The notes under the pieces were generated by a model. That model saw only the letters and a list, made by a program, of their open reading frames with translations. It did not search any database and was not told the origin of the DNA. This document shows positions 42,438 through 55,124 of a stretch of DNA of 64,000 bases, piece after piece; position 1 is the first letter of the stretch, and the number at the start of each line of letters is the position of its first letter. Made by a program: the position numbers and the translations under genes. Source of the DNA: Macrostomum lignano (lineage: Eukaryota); the NCBI GenBank assembly GCA_002269645.1, contig NIVC01002081.1, forward strand, positions 1 to 64,000. The letters are read 5' to 3'.

Positions 42438-43540
42438 GTAGAACTACCAAGAGGAGGAATTTCTCCACCCCTCATGGTAATTTCTTGCTGCGCCAGAACG
42501 GAGCAACACAGGCACACGATCAAGTTAAGAACACGGCGAACTTTTTTGCACACTCTCAATTAGTCTCAAACAAGAATCAAGTCGCCAGCCTTCCGGACCG
42601 TCGGGATATTCGATGATTCTGCCCGCCAGAATTTGTCTATAAGCGCTGGTGTGTTCAGTACACCCCTGTGCGCCAATCAGCACTGCGCCTCAGTGCAGCC
42701 TTGCCAAGTCTCCAAATTTCATCAGCGCGTCGATCACATGTGTCTGTCTCTCAAGCATTAAGTCATCACCCCGACGCCGTCGGCACCTTCAGGCACCAGG
42801 TGACTATGGGCATCCTGTTGGAACTATGTCAGATTTTTCTTATCAAGCTTCAATAATGAGCAAACCTCAACTGGCGGACATCCTCAGCTAGTCTTTCAAA
42901 CATTCAGTCATCACCCGGACGCCATCGGCGACTTCAACCGATTACATCAGGTGACTATGAGCACCATGATGCGAATTTCCAGAGTTTCGCTGATCAAACC
43001 TCGACAGTGCGCATAGTCATGTTTTTGTCTCCTTGAGGGTGCCGACGGCGTCGGGGTGATGACTTAATGCTTGAGAGACTAGCTGAGGATGTCCGGCAGT
43101 CGAGGTTTGCCCACTGCCCGAGGCTTGATTAGCGAAACTTGAGAAATTCGCATCAGAGTGTCCATATAGTCACCCGGTGTCGCCTGTTGAAGGCCCAGAA
43201 GCTCCGCCTGGGTAAAGGTCAGTGATCAACGAAGTCAGAGCTGATGCAGACACATGTGATCGACGCGCTGATGAAATTTGGAGACTTGGCAAGGCTGCAC
43301 TGAGCTGCAGTGCTGATTGGCGCACAGGGGTGTACTGAATACACCAGCGCTTATATAGCCAAATTCTGGCGATCAGAATCGTCGAATATCTCGACGGTCC
43401 GGAAGGCTGGCGACTTGATTCTTATTTGAGAAAGGTGCGCAATAAAAAGTTCGCTGTGTTCTTGAATTTCGTGTGTCTGCGTTGCTCCATTAAGACGCAG
43501 CAAAAAATTGTCAGGGGATTCCCCCCTTCGTAGTTCTACT
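42438..43540. repeat. Tail-to-tail inverted duplication (~310-bp arms) enclosing ~145-bp repeat units in both orientations
   Basis: 42438-42746 is the reverse complement of 43247-43540, near-identical proximally and visibly diverged distally; the unit TCTCTCAAGCATTAAGTCATCACCCCGACG...CCTCAGCTAG occurs at 42747 and 42892 (+) and at ~43037-43190 (-). Confidence 0.85.
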
Positions 43541-44409
43541 GTTAGCTCGTAAGGAGTCGCCAATGCAGTCGGGAACAGAGGGAAACTCGATGTCTTCATC
43601 CAATTCAAGCCAATTCACCGTAAATTCAAGTCATTGGTTGGACTTGTATCATTTTGCAAACTGCTGAATATCCGCACCAAAATCAACATTACTAGTTTGA
43701 GAACTATTAATTTTCAATAAAAAATCATTTTTGCCAGCCCCTCCCCACACGGCGACGCCCTTCCCTTGACTGCGTGCAATTGTATAATCTCTGTCAGCTA
43801 GTTTAATTAGTTTATTTGTTGCCTATCCCCGCATTTCTCTCTGCGCTAATTAATTGCATAATACACAGTCCTCGATTCGCTGCTCATGTTTCCTCGCGCA
43901 CCGTGCGACGGCTGACTTGATTTATAAATACCGGAAGTTCTCAAGCTATATAATGTAGATTAGAGCTTATACAAATAGTATAAGACTTTGTCTGCCTGTT
44001 TATAATTCGACCCGATGAACACTGCAGGCTATACAGCAGACGCGCCAGTTCACGTGACGATATGCAGATTAGGTGCTGAAACTGCACGTGACAATTGGAC
44101 TCTGTATTGCTCGTTCGCGTGCAGTATTGTCTAAGTTACCGATAGCTGCACCTGTATAATACAGTATGCATAATTCTTGCCCTTGCCCAGCTGGTTGGGC
44201 GTTTCTAATTCACAGCAAGGGTGGCGCGTGCCCATGCAGTTGCCAGCTGATTTTTACGCCCCCACGATGGCACCGCGATATTGTACCGGTCCCGATGTGA
44301 GCCCCTGTTAGTACTGGCCCCTAGAGACGCTGACCTCCAATAAAAATGTTCTACATTGTAATCAGGATTTCATAATATTACCAATTCTACAATGAAAAAT
44401 CGGGTCAAT

Positions 44410-46086
44410 GAGATTTGCCCGCAGACGAATTGCCACCGAGATTTGCCCACCGAGCTTTTCCCGCCAAGCTTTTCCCGCCTAGATTTTCCTGCCAAGCTTT
44501 TCCCGTCAAGCTTTTCCCGACAAGTTTTTCCCGCCGAGATTTTCCCGCCGGGCTTTTCCCGCAGGAGATTTGCCCGCTGAGATTTTCCCGCCGAGCTTTG
44601 CCCGCAGGAGATTTGCCCGCCGAGATTTTCCCGCCGAGCTTTGCCCGCAGGAGATTTGCCCGCCGAGATTTTCCCGCCGAGCTTTGCCCGCAGGAGATTT
44701 GCCCGCCGAGATTTTCCCGCCGAGATTTTCCCGCCGAGATTTTCCCGCCGAGATTTGCCCGCCGAGATTTTCCCACCGAGATTTGCCCGCAGGAGATTTG
44801 CCCACAGGAGATTTGCCCGCCGAGATTTTCCCACCGAGATTTGCCCGCCGATATTTTCCCGCCAAGCTTTCCCGCCAAGCTTTTCCCGCCGAGATTTGCC
44901 CGCAGGAGATTTGCGCGCCAAGATTTTCCCGCCGAGATTTTCCCGCCGAGATTTTCCCGCCGAGATTTTCCCGCCGAGATTTTCCCGCCGAGCTTTTCGC
45001 GCCAAGATTTTCCCGCCGAGCTTTTCCCGCCGAGATTTGCCCGCAGGAGATTTGCCCGCAATGCTTTCTGTCAGCAGTGCATTGGGGGGGGGGGGGCAAT
45101 GCAGACGAAATCTGCCGCGTGGCTACGCTCGTAAATTTGCTGCAGGAAACACAGCATTGCGAGCGAATCTGGGCGGGAAAAGCTCAGCGGGAAAACCTTG
45201 GCGGGAAAATCTCCTGCGGGCAAAGCTTGGCGGGAAAATCTCCTGCGGGAAAATCTCCTGCGGGAAAATCTCCTGCGGGAAAATCTCCTGCGGGAAAATC
45301 TCCTGCGGGAAAAGCTTAGCAGGAAAATCTCCTGCGGGAAAATCTCCTGCGGGAAAAGCTTAGCGGGAAAATCTCCTGCGGGAAAAGCTTAGCGGGAAAA
45401 TCTCCTGCGGGAAAAGCTTAGCGGGAAAATCTCCTGCGGGAAAATCTCCTGCGGGAAAAGCTTAGCGGGAAAAGCTTAGCGGGAAAATCTCCTGCGGGAA
45501 AATCTCCTGCGGGAAAAGCTTAGCGGGAAAATCTCCTGCGGGAAAAGCTTAGCGGGAAAATCTCCTGCGGGAAAATCTCGGCGCGCAAATCTCCTGCGGG
45601 AAAAGCTTGGCGGGCAAATATCGGCGGGCAAATCTCGGCGGGCAAATCTCGGCGGGAAAATCTCCTGCGGGAAAAGCTTGGCGGGAAAATCTCGGCGGGA
45701 AAATCTCGGCGCGCAAATATCGGCGGGCAAATCTCGGCGGGAAAATCTCGGCGGGAAAATCTCCTGCGGGAAAAGCTTAGCGGGAAAATCTCGGCGGGAA
45801 AAGCCCGGCTTGCAAATCTCCTGCGGGAAAAGCTTGGCGGGAAAAGCCCGGCTTGCAAATCTCCTGCGGGAAAAGCTTGGCGGGAAAAGCCCGGCTTGCA
45901 AATCTCCTGCGGGAAAAGCTCGGCGGGAAAAGCCCGGCTTGCAAATCTCCTGCGGGAAAAGCTTGGCGGGAAAAGCTTGGCGGGCAAATCTCGGCGGGCA
46001 AATCTCGGCGGGCAAATCTCGGCGGGCAAATCTCGGCGGGCAAATCTCGGCGGGCAAATCTCCTGCTGGAAAAGCTTGGCGGGCAA
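44410..46086. mobile_element. Large foldback element: two inverted arrays of 14-bp TTTTCCCGCCGAGA/TTTGCCCGCAGGAGA units around a ~110-bp spacer
   Basis: The left array (44410-45060) reads TTTTCCCGCC..., the right array (45172-46086) reads ...GGCGGGAAAA; the spacer has a TGCATTG-(G)n-CAATGCA hairpin. The many ORFs here are repeat artefacts. Confidence 0.85.
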
Positions 46087-46654
46087 GTATGTAACATTCC
46101 TATGTTCACAATTCATTGATTAAATGGGGTTACCGTTAAATCACGTGTGCAAGCTTTAGGAAAGGCCAGCTATTGCATGACTGTGCTATTTTAGTTTATT
46201 GACTCTGCGCTTGTTGTGTAGGCAGTCATTATTTTATTTTCTCATGCCCTCGTGTTTTTTTAGTCCTGACCAAATCGACTAAAATTACATTTCATGTTTT
46301 TCTTTACCTTCTGATTATAACAAATGCTTGGTACAGAATGTGTATGCAGTGTTTGTGCCCGCGGCCACGGGGTTGAAAATTTATGCAAAAATTTATCGTT
46401 ATATTTTATAACCCAACTGGCTCCTTGCAACATGTTGGTGTATAAAATCAGAATGTATATTCGTATGTGAAAATTATTCTTGGTTGGGTGGATATTGTTT
46501 CTGGCCCTTCTACTCAGTCTTGTGTTGTGCATGCATGTAGCATATGTTGGCGTACCCAAGGGGTGCCGGGTAGGGTAGAGGCAGGGGCTGCCTCATGGCT
46601 GACACTGAGAATTATTTGGCTGAGTTTTGCCACTTCACTCAAGCGGAATGGCGC

Positions 46655-47165
46655 TTCCTTAAATGAAATGGCGCCCCACTCAAACCGAATGGCATCCCAA
46701 TCAAATGAAATGGCATCCCAATCAAATGATGGCGCCCAACTCAAATGCAATGGCGCCCAACTCAAGTGAAATGGCGCCCAACTCAAATGAAATGGCGCCT
46801 AACTCAAATTCAATGGCGCCCAACTCGAATGAAATGGCGCCCAACTCGAATGAAATGGCGAACAACTCAAATGAAATGGCGCCCAACTCAAATGCAATGG
46901 CGCCCAACTCGAATGAAATGGCGCCCAACTCGAATGAAATGGCGAACAACTCAAATGAAATGGCGCCCAACTCAAATAAAATGGCGAACAACTCAAATGA
47001 AATGGCGCCCAACTCAAATGCAATGGTGCCCAACTCAAGTGAAATGGCGAACAACTCAAGTGAAATGGCGAACAACTCAAATGAAATAGCGCCCAACTCA
47101 AGTGAAATGGCGCCCAACTCAAATGAAATGGCGCCTAACTCAAATTCAATGGCGCCCAACTCAAG
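46655..47165. repeat. Minisatellite, 21-bp unit AATGAAATGGCGCCCAACTCA
   Basis: About 24 copies; the 168-aa NEMAPNS ORF is its in-frame translation. Confidence 0.93.
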
Positions 47166-50100
47166 ATAAATGGCAACCCCCATGCTACACGTAATACCTG
47201 ACTACCACATCGGCAAATCAGGATACAACGAGAGTCCAGGACTGCTCAAGAGCAAAGAAGGTCCTGCTGTGTAAAATTTTGAATTTCAGATAATTGCACG
47301 CTATACTTTTAAATAGGATGGGCGTGTATGCATACTGTATGCCCATACAATATATAAATACATTGTGTTTGTTGACCCATTCCGAAATCCGAATAAATAA
47401 GAGAGCTACCGAGTTTGTATATTGACCCTCAAATTTTGACAAATGCAGCCAGTCTGACTCATTCAGAATAGTCAACGCATCTCAAAACGCATCTCGTATG
47501 CATACACAATGCGCGTTCCTTTCGATTTTGGACGGCCGGCCTTCTCTTGCTTGCTGCTTCTTCAGTTCTTCTCTCGACTCTTTGCAGGCTCGGGAGGGGG
47601 GCTGCGCGACTGCGCACAGCAACTCAAAATCAGCCATGCGCGCGCCCCAACTTATATGCCTGTATAATATTAATAATACTATTATTATATGCATGGCTCC
47701 AGTTCCTGCGCGGCGCATTTGGTAGAATCGTAGCAGATTTCGTATGCCATTAAGCAGGATTGCCCCATTCGCGCACCGCATTACCTTTGTTAGCTTTTGT
47801 AAGAACTTCAGTCTTGGGCGGCTCGCATGAATGGCCCGCGCAAGTCGCAGCTCGCCTTCCTTTGAATTTGAACTCGCGCGCAGTGGTCCTCTCCCCCCCT
47901 TAGCCCAAAAAATTCTCGTCTCAACTCGTTTCGCAATTGAGAACCAAGCGCAAAGCCTTAAACTAACCTGGCCCGCAACTGCTGCTCCAATTCTTTCAAG
48001 TTTCTTCTTCCGGCCCTTAATGCATACGGGTCTCATTCGATCTGAAAAGTTAGCTGGCACTAACTACCTGCATGGGTGAACAGCTGTTGCCGCAGTTCTC
48101 CATGCCTCCAGGCTTGCTAATTATTGTGCTTATGCTGTATTTACATCTCAGCTATAGAGCTACATGTAGAATTCTATAGTGAAACCTGTCTACGACAAAC
48201 CTAACTTAAACATAACGTAACCTAACTTTGTCAGCTTGCAATATCGGGTGCTAATTTGTGTTTTGGATTGCAACGAACCGTTTTGGATTGCATATTCTGC
48301 GCAGCGTTGGAGCTATACGGTTTTATTTTTAATTTCAGGTCAACGAAAGACTTAGCCTAAACTTAGAAGTGGCAGGTTGTGCCGAGGTGCTCTATATCTA
48401 ATCAAAAACCCAAAATCTATGAAGCGATTGCTACGAAGTTTTTTGGCATGAGGGCGCTTGGGGTCTGTAAGGAGAGAGAGAGGAGGGTGTCCACTTCTGC
48501 TGCCGCAACTGCCCACGCATATCGCGACTGAGACGCGCTGCTACTTGTTTTGCCTCTCTCTCGCTCTTTCAGCTGGTGAAAGAGAAGGTAGACGTTTGGG
48601 TCGGGTCAGACAGGCGGACAGGTATAGACAGGTAAGGAAGGTAAATTGGCGGCTGACTGGCTGCATGGCTCACTTCTTAGCGTGCGCTGTGGGCGGTGAG
48701 CTATCGAGCAGAGAAAATCGATTCCATCTCTCTCTTTGTCTATCTTTCTCTCTTCACCTTTGCGCCTGCTGTGCTGTGCTTGTTTGCGTTTAGGTTTTAA
48801 TCACTTACCTAGCCTATCCTGCAGTCCTGCAGCTGCGCACTGGGGTGCGGTGCTGCTGCACTCGCCTGGGGCAATGGGGTGGTGGGTTGGGGGAGGAGGC
48901 TTTGGTTCGGTTTGGCTGGGCTTGGGCGGAGGCCCCGCGGAAGGTGCCGCCCCCGCCCCTCCACCCCTCGCAGCCCGACCTCAACCCCTCCCCCTCCCCC
49001 AATTTCAGGCGATTCTGTCTCGCTATTTAAAGCAAATAGGTTAAGGTCTGGAGAACTCGAGGCGCTGCATCGGCCTTGGCTCTTGGCTTGGCTAGGAGAG
49101 GCCGCGGGTAAGCTGCTGCTTCCTACCTGCACAGCTTCTATCAGAGATTTAATCTCTACAAAAGTGGTAAGCTTTGGAAGCAAACTATATATGCTTGAAA
49201 TTTTCAGTTTTAATTATGATTGCTTTATATAGAATTGTGTTTATAATCTGTTTACAGTGTGCAGCTGGGTGCAAACTGCTATAAATATAGCACTATAGCT
49301 GCAACGAAACCAATAGCTTCCGTTTTGTTCGCTGGCAAACTTTCAATCGGCAATGCAGCATCTAAACAGGAACCTGGTGACACCTATTATGGGCAAACCC
49401 ATCTGCGAATCTGATCTAGAAGAAGATAGAAGAAAAGAAAGAGGTGAGAATTAACGCAGAGCTGACTTCAGCCGCGGAGTAGTGAGTATGGACTTTGAAC
49501 ATGTAATTGTTTTAGTGGCTAAGTTTTTTATTAACTATAATACCATACCATATCGCAAAACTTCAACTGGAAGTTTGGCAAAGCTAAGAAGTGAATATTT
49601 AAATAATAGAATATAATACTAATGAATATCTATGAAAATATTGAATTATAGGTTAAATATTTCTACGTAGTACTTGACATTTCTACTCAGCATCATTCCA
49701 GGATTTTGTTGTCTGTCTCAGTATTTCGTATTGTATCTAAGGTATCTACTATCATTATTCATCAATAAGCGCTATTGTGTTTGACAGCTTAGTTCGTCGA
49801 TATAGTATACAGAGAACTTTGTGTTTAATTAGTGACTTTATGAATGCCATGCAGTTTTTTTGCTTGTTGTTTTTCTCACATGCGGCAACAAACGTCACAA
49901 GGTCTTCCACTGACTGTAACTACCGTATAGCTACTCGTATTTGTACTGTTTATTATGAATTTGCACCCTTTGTATGCTATGACTATAGATTAATAACAAT
50001 GCTCATATCAACAAGGTGCTAATAATGCGTTTGCAATTGACATGTACTATCACGAATGTATATATTAGGCAAAATGTATATAACATGTTTTTCACAATTT

Positions 50101-51544
50101 GCAGCGCAACTTTCTATAATGCTTATATAGTTTTAGAACTGTTTTGTGACACTGGCTTTTATTTCACCGTTCTGCTGCCTTAAACTGTACATATTTTTGC
50201 TGCTTTGACAGATCTGATTTTTTATGCTTAATTAGTTTCCCTATCTTCTTTATAATGTCACTGTTGTAAAGAAGTTGTTCCGTAGTGAAGGTTATTTAAC
50301 CATTCCTTCCTCATTCTTACTCATCTGTTTCATCGATTTCATCTTAGTTTTACAGTACAGTTTCGCCAGCGCATATTAGTAGTACATGATTGATTGACAA
50401 GTCTGTGCAACAATTAAAGAAACAATTTCACACATGGAAATTTAGCGATCGACTCTGTTAGCTTGGCCTAATGCACTATTACCTGCCAATCTATACACTG
50501 ACGATGCTGTGAAGCATTTCCGAACTTGTACATTTCTTCCATTTGTTCACTAGGGCGAGTCATTAATATCTCACCGAAAATCGCCTCATTTTTACTCAAA
50601 CTCACCCTGTAATGGTTGCTTTTTGTGCTCTTTTTTGTAACTCTGCTATCAAACTTGTCTAAACTAAGGCATCATCAAAGAAGGCTGTGATTTGCTCTGT
50701 GAATAGTTGTTGCGCGTGTATTAATGATTCTAAACTAACTTTTATTCGAGTTTTTTGGTATCATTTTGTCTACTCAGGCTACTTAGATGAGTAGCGCGCT
50801 TAAAACTTAGTTATTTAGTATTATAGCACGCTTAATTTGTTTTTGCCTATGGCTCATCATCTCAACTGGTTCGCTGTGCTCTGTAAATAAGTTGCAAGTC
50901 AACTTAAAACACGATTTAATAAAAAAGTATTGAAACGCACGTTTGCAATCTGCATATTTATCAATTTGCGCAATCCTAGATATTTTATTATGCCCGTCAC
51001 ACACTTTAATCTCAAATTCTATTAGAAAATTAGCACCTTCTTAGACAATTACACTCCATTTCTGGTTCTCAGTGTTTTTCTCAAATCAATTTTGATTTTT
51101 TTATTCTAGTATTCTGAATAATTTTTGTTTGTTTTGTTGAGATTTTCAGTTATAGTTTCTTTGAGCAACAGTTCAGAAACGTGCTACAGGTTCCTCATAA
51201 TTTCCTGATGCGATAAAAGGCAAAGTTATAAATTTTTACGCCGAGTAAACAGGTTTTAGTTTCAAATTTTAACACGCATAAATAAATGCTTCAATGACTA
51301 CTTTTTGAGTAGAGTACTCGTGACTAGCTTACGTTTAAATGAGTTTAAGTGTCTTTTTTTACTTAATCTGTGTGTAAACATAAAATACATAACTTTTAAT
51401 ACATATAAATATATTTATTGCTTCAAATTCTAATACAGATTTCAGGGTTAGACTCGTTTAATAGAAAAGGTAATACATTTGAATCAAAGGAAAACGTTTT
51501 TGGAGATGATTAGTGGATGTTTTATTAGGATCAGAGCATTTGCT

Positions 51545-52238
51545 GATCAGAGGGTATGTTTTAGCATCAGAGGGTATGTTTTAGCATCAGAGGGTATGTT
51601 TTAGCATCAGAGGGTATGTTTTAGCATCAGAGGGTATGTTTTAGCATCAGAGGGTATGTTTTAGCATCAGAGGGTATGTTTTAGCATCAGAGGGTATGTT
51701 TTAGCATCAGAGGGTATGTTTTAGCATCAGAGGGTATGTTTTAGCATCAGAGGGTATGTTTTAGCATCAGAGGGTATGTTTTAGCATCAGAGGGTATGTT
51801 TTAGCATCAGAGGGTATGTTTTAGCATCAGAGGGTATTTTTTAGCATCAGAGGGTATGTTTTAGCATCAGAGGGTATGTTTTAGCATCAGAGGGTATGTT
51901 TTAGCATCAGAGGGTATGCTTTAGCATCAGAGGGTATGTTTTAGCATCAGAGGGTATGTTTTAGCATCAGAGGGTATGTTTTAGCATCAGAGGGTATGTT
52001 TTAGCATCAGAGGGTATGTTTTAGCATCAGAGGGTATGTTTTAGCATCAGAGGGTATGTTTTAGCATCAGAGGGTATGTTTTAGCATCAGAGGGTATGTT
52101 TTAGCATCAGAGGGTATGTTTTAGCATCAGAGGGTATGTTTTAGCATCAGAGGGTATGTTTTAGCATCAGAGGGTATGTTTTAGCATCAGAGGGTATGTT
52201 TTAGCATCAGAGGGTATGTTTTAGCATCAGAGGGTATG
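51545..52238. repeat. Highly homogeneous minisatellite, 20-bp unit CATCAGAGGGTATGTTTTAG
   Basis: About 34 copies with only a couple of variant bases. Confidence 0.97.
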
Positions 52239-52569
52239 TATGCACTGCAGTCTCTAGAATCAAAAAATGTGCATTATTACGCAGTTGGGGGTTTTACTTT
52301 GTTATAACATGTACCTATTTTTAAAACTCATACACTACTTTTAGTAGTTTTAATCAGTAGTCGTGGTAATTTCATCGTGTGATAATTTAAATTTTGTGCT
52401 ATATTAAATAAAGCGTATTTCATAACATGTTCGGTCGATGAATAAATATGAATATTGTACGATTCAGATGTCAATACTCGATTAGGAACTTTTGTGTAGG
52501 GGATCAAGCAAATGTTGTTATGAAACTGATAGACCATAGCCTCATTAGCCCCCAATAGGTAATGACACC

Positions 52570-53010
52570 GGGATCCTCCCCCTCCTGAGTCTTGATCTAG
52601 GGATCCGCCCCCTCCTGAGTCTTGATCCAGGGATCCGCCCCCCCTTCTGAGTCTTGATCCAGGGATCCGCCCCCCCTCCTGAGTCTTGATCCAGGGATCC
52701 GCCCCCCTCCTGAGTCTTGATCCAGGGATCCGCCCCCCCTCCTGAGTCTTGATCCAGGTATCCGCCCCCCCTCCTGAGTCTTGATCCAGGGATCCGCCCC
52801 CCTCCTGAATCTTGATCCAGGGATCCGCCCCCCTCCTGAGTCTTGATCCCCGGGATCCGCCCCTCCTGAGTCTTGATCCCTGGGATCCACCCGAGTTTTA
52901 TCCCAAGAATCCGCCCGCTCCTAAGTCTTAATCCCCAGGATCCGCCCTCTCCTTAGTTTTGATCCCTGGGATCCGCCCAACCACCTGAGTCTTGATCCCC
53001 GGGATTCGCC
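52570..53010. repeat. Minisatellite, ~32-bp unit GGGATCCGCCCCCCTCCTGAGTCTTGATCCA
   Basis: About 13 copies with a variable C-run. Confidence 0.92.
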
Positions 53011-54089
53011 CTCGTTGGGACTTGGGCTTCCTGAAATTACCTTCACAGACTCTGTTGTAGCCTGCTGGTGTATTGACTGTTCAACTTGTCTAAAGAAAAT
53101 CCCCACTGAATTCACTTCTCTCCTGAAACTCCGAGCTGCCCTCCCATTGGCTCCGTTGAATTTCCCAGATCCCACCATCTCTGGTCGATAATTGGCTTTC
53201 AACTTGGGGGGCGGCGACAGAGCAACCGCAATTGGATAGGATGAGGCGATGGGCCGCTGCGATGACCCGATGGTGGTCTCACCGGCCCAACCCCCAGCCT
53301 CCCCCAGCCCAGTGAGACGTGTGTAGGTGAGGGGTGGGTATTAAGCTGAGGAGACGGAACTGCAGGGCAATAGGAGATCTCCCACGAGAAATTCAATCAT
53401 TGCGGAAGCAGCAACAGAAGCGGTCATCGCAGTCCCTGGAGGAACAGATATTTTCTAGGCTCACACAGCGGCATCATCACAGCCTCGCAGCTCGCAGCAT
53501 CTCTCATCTATCTTAACATACTGCTTCCTCTATTGAAAGATTTTTCCCACCAGGGACATATTTTAACTATTAGGGTGTATTTACTATATACCAGTAATTA
53601 TTACAAGTGGTTGCTAGGCCGTCTCTTTGTTAGCGCCGCGTCTGTCTGTAACACAATTTGCATAACCAACCAGTCTTGAGCATGGTGAGCATCAGTTAAA
53701 ATTTATCATTTGAGTTGTTTATTTATTGATTTGAATGCATATTATTATAAACTATCTTTGTACTAGCCTTCTTTCTGACACACCTGTGCTAGCGATTCTT
53801 CTTTAAGCACACATAATTTGATAAATCGCCCAATGAAAATATTTCCCAGGAAATAATCGGTAACAACGGGATTAAACACGAATCTCGAGGCCCGATTGTG
53901 CGCAACTGGATACAGACGGCAGACTCCGCTGGCAGCAAGTGAGTTTCTGTGTGTGTCACTTTATGATTATGAAAAATCATTTAAATTTCAGTTGAATCAC
54001 GACCACGTTGATTTATGGCTGATCTATACACTATAGAGTCTGATATAGATATTCATATTCAACATAAATCAACCTAGGATAAATCTACC

Positions 54090-54860
54090 TATTCAAAAGC
54101 TATAGATCTATACGATAGATTTATCCAGTCAACTGTAGATCTACGATAGATCTTTCCAATCAACTTTTGATCTATACGATAGATCTCTCCAATAAACTAT
54201 AGATCTACGATAGATGTCTCTAATCAACTATAGATTCACGATAGATCTTCCTAATCAGCTATAGATCTCTACAATCAATTATAGATCTACGATAGATCTC
54301 CTAATCAACTATAGATCTACTATAGATCTTCCTAATCAGCTATAGATCTACGATAGATCTCTACAATCAGTTATAGATCTTTGATAGATCTCTCCGATCA
54401 ACTATAGATCTACGATAGATCTCTCCAATCAACTATAGATCTATACGATAGATCTCTCAAATAAACTATAGATCTACGATAGATGTCTCTAATCAACTAT
54501 ATATTCACGATAGATCTTCCTAATAAACTATAGATCTCTACAATCAATTATAGATCTACGATAGATCTCTCCAATCAACTATGGATCTACGATAGATCTC
54601 TCCAATCAATTATAGATCTACCATAGATCTCCCAATCAACTATAGATCTACGATAGATCTCTCTAATAAACTATAGATTTACGATAGATCTTCCTAATAA
54701 ACTATAGATCTACGATATATCTCCCAATCAACCATATAAATCCACGATAGACCTTCCACGATAGACCTTCCTAATCAGCTATAGATCTAAGATAGACCTT
54801 CCTAATCAGCTATAGATGTACGATAGATCTTCCTAATCAGCTATAGATCTACGATAGATC
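54090..54860. repeat. Degenerate minisatellite, ~30-bp unit CTATAGATCTACGATAGATCTCTCCAATCAA
   Basis: About 25 copies, ending ~65 nt before the COE exon. Confidence 0.9.
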
Positions 54861-54925
54861 TCCCGACTCCAATTTCAAAAACTTCGACAACACGAATCTG
54901 AACCCAAATTGATTCCCCGTCGCAG

Positions 54926-55096
54926 TCCCCTCCTGTTCAGCACTCTGGAATTTCGCGTGCCCACTTCGAGAAGCAGCCGCCGTCCAATCTGCGCAAGAGC
55001 AACTTTTTTCACTTCGTGATCGCCTTGTACGACCGACATGGACAGCCGGTGGAAATTGAGCGGGCAATGTTTGTCGGCTTTGTGGAGGGCGACATG
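54926..55096 (+). CDS. coe: COE/EBF (collier/knot) transcription factor, DNA-binding domain exon
   Basis: [52 protein letters not shown] is the COE signature; donor GTGAGC at 55097; acceptor at 54925 or 54940 (both phase 0). Confidence 0.95.
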
Positions 55097-55124
55097 GTGA
55101 GCTGGGGCCGGAGTGAGAGTCAGA

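Noticed and set aside
43078-43150. Hammerhead ribozyme in the 145-bp units (CTGAGGA core)
   Set aside because: No GAAA follows a plausible stem II.
44370-46123. Numerous 100-250 aa ORFs (GKSRRENLG / FPPRFSRRD)
   Set aside because: Translations of a stop-free 14-bp repeat, open in several frames on both strands.
46663-47169. 168-aa NEMAPNS repeat protein
   Set aside because: In-frame translation of a 21-bp minisatellite, also open on the opposite strand; no splice or domain support.
47482-49232. Several 60-190 aa ORFs in the GC-rich region upstream of COE
   Set aside because: Overlapping on both strands with no domain signal; more consistent with promoter/UTR sequence. The first COE exon could not be identified.
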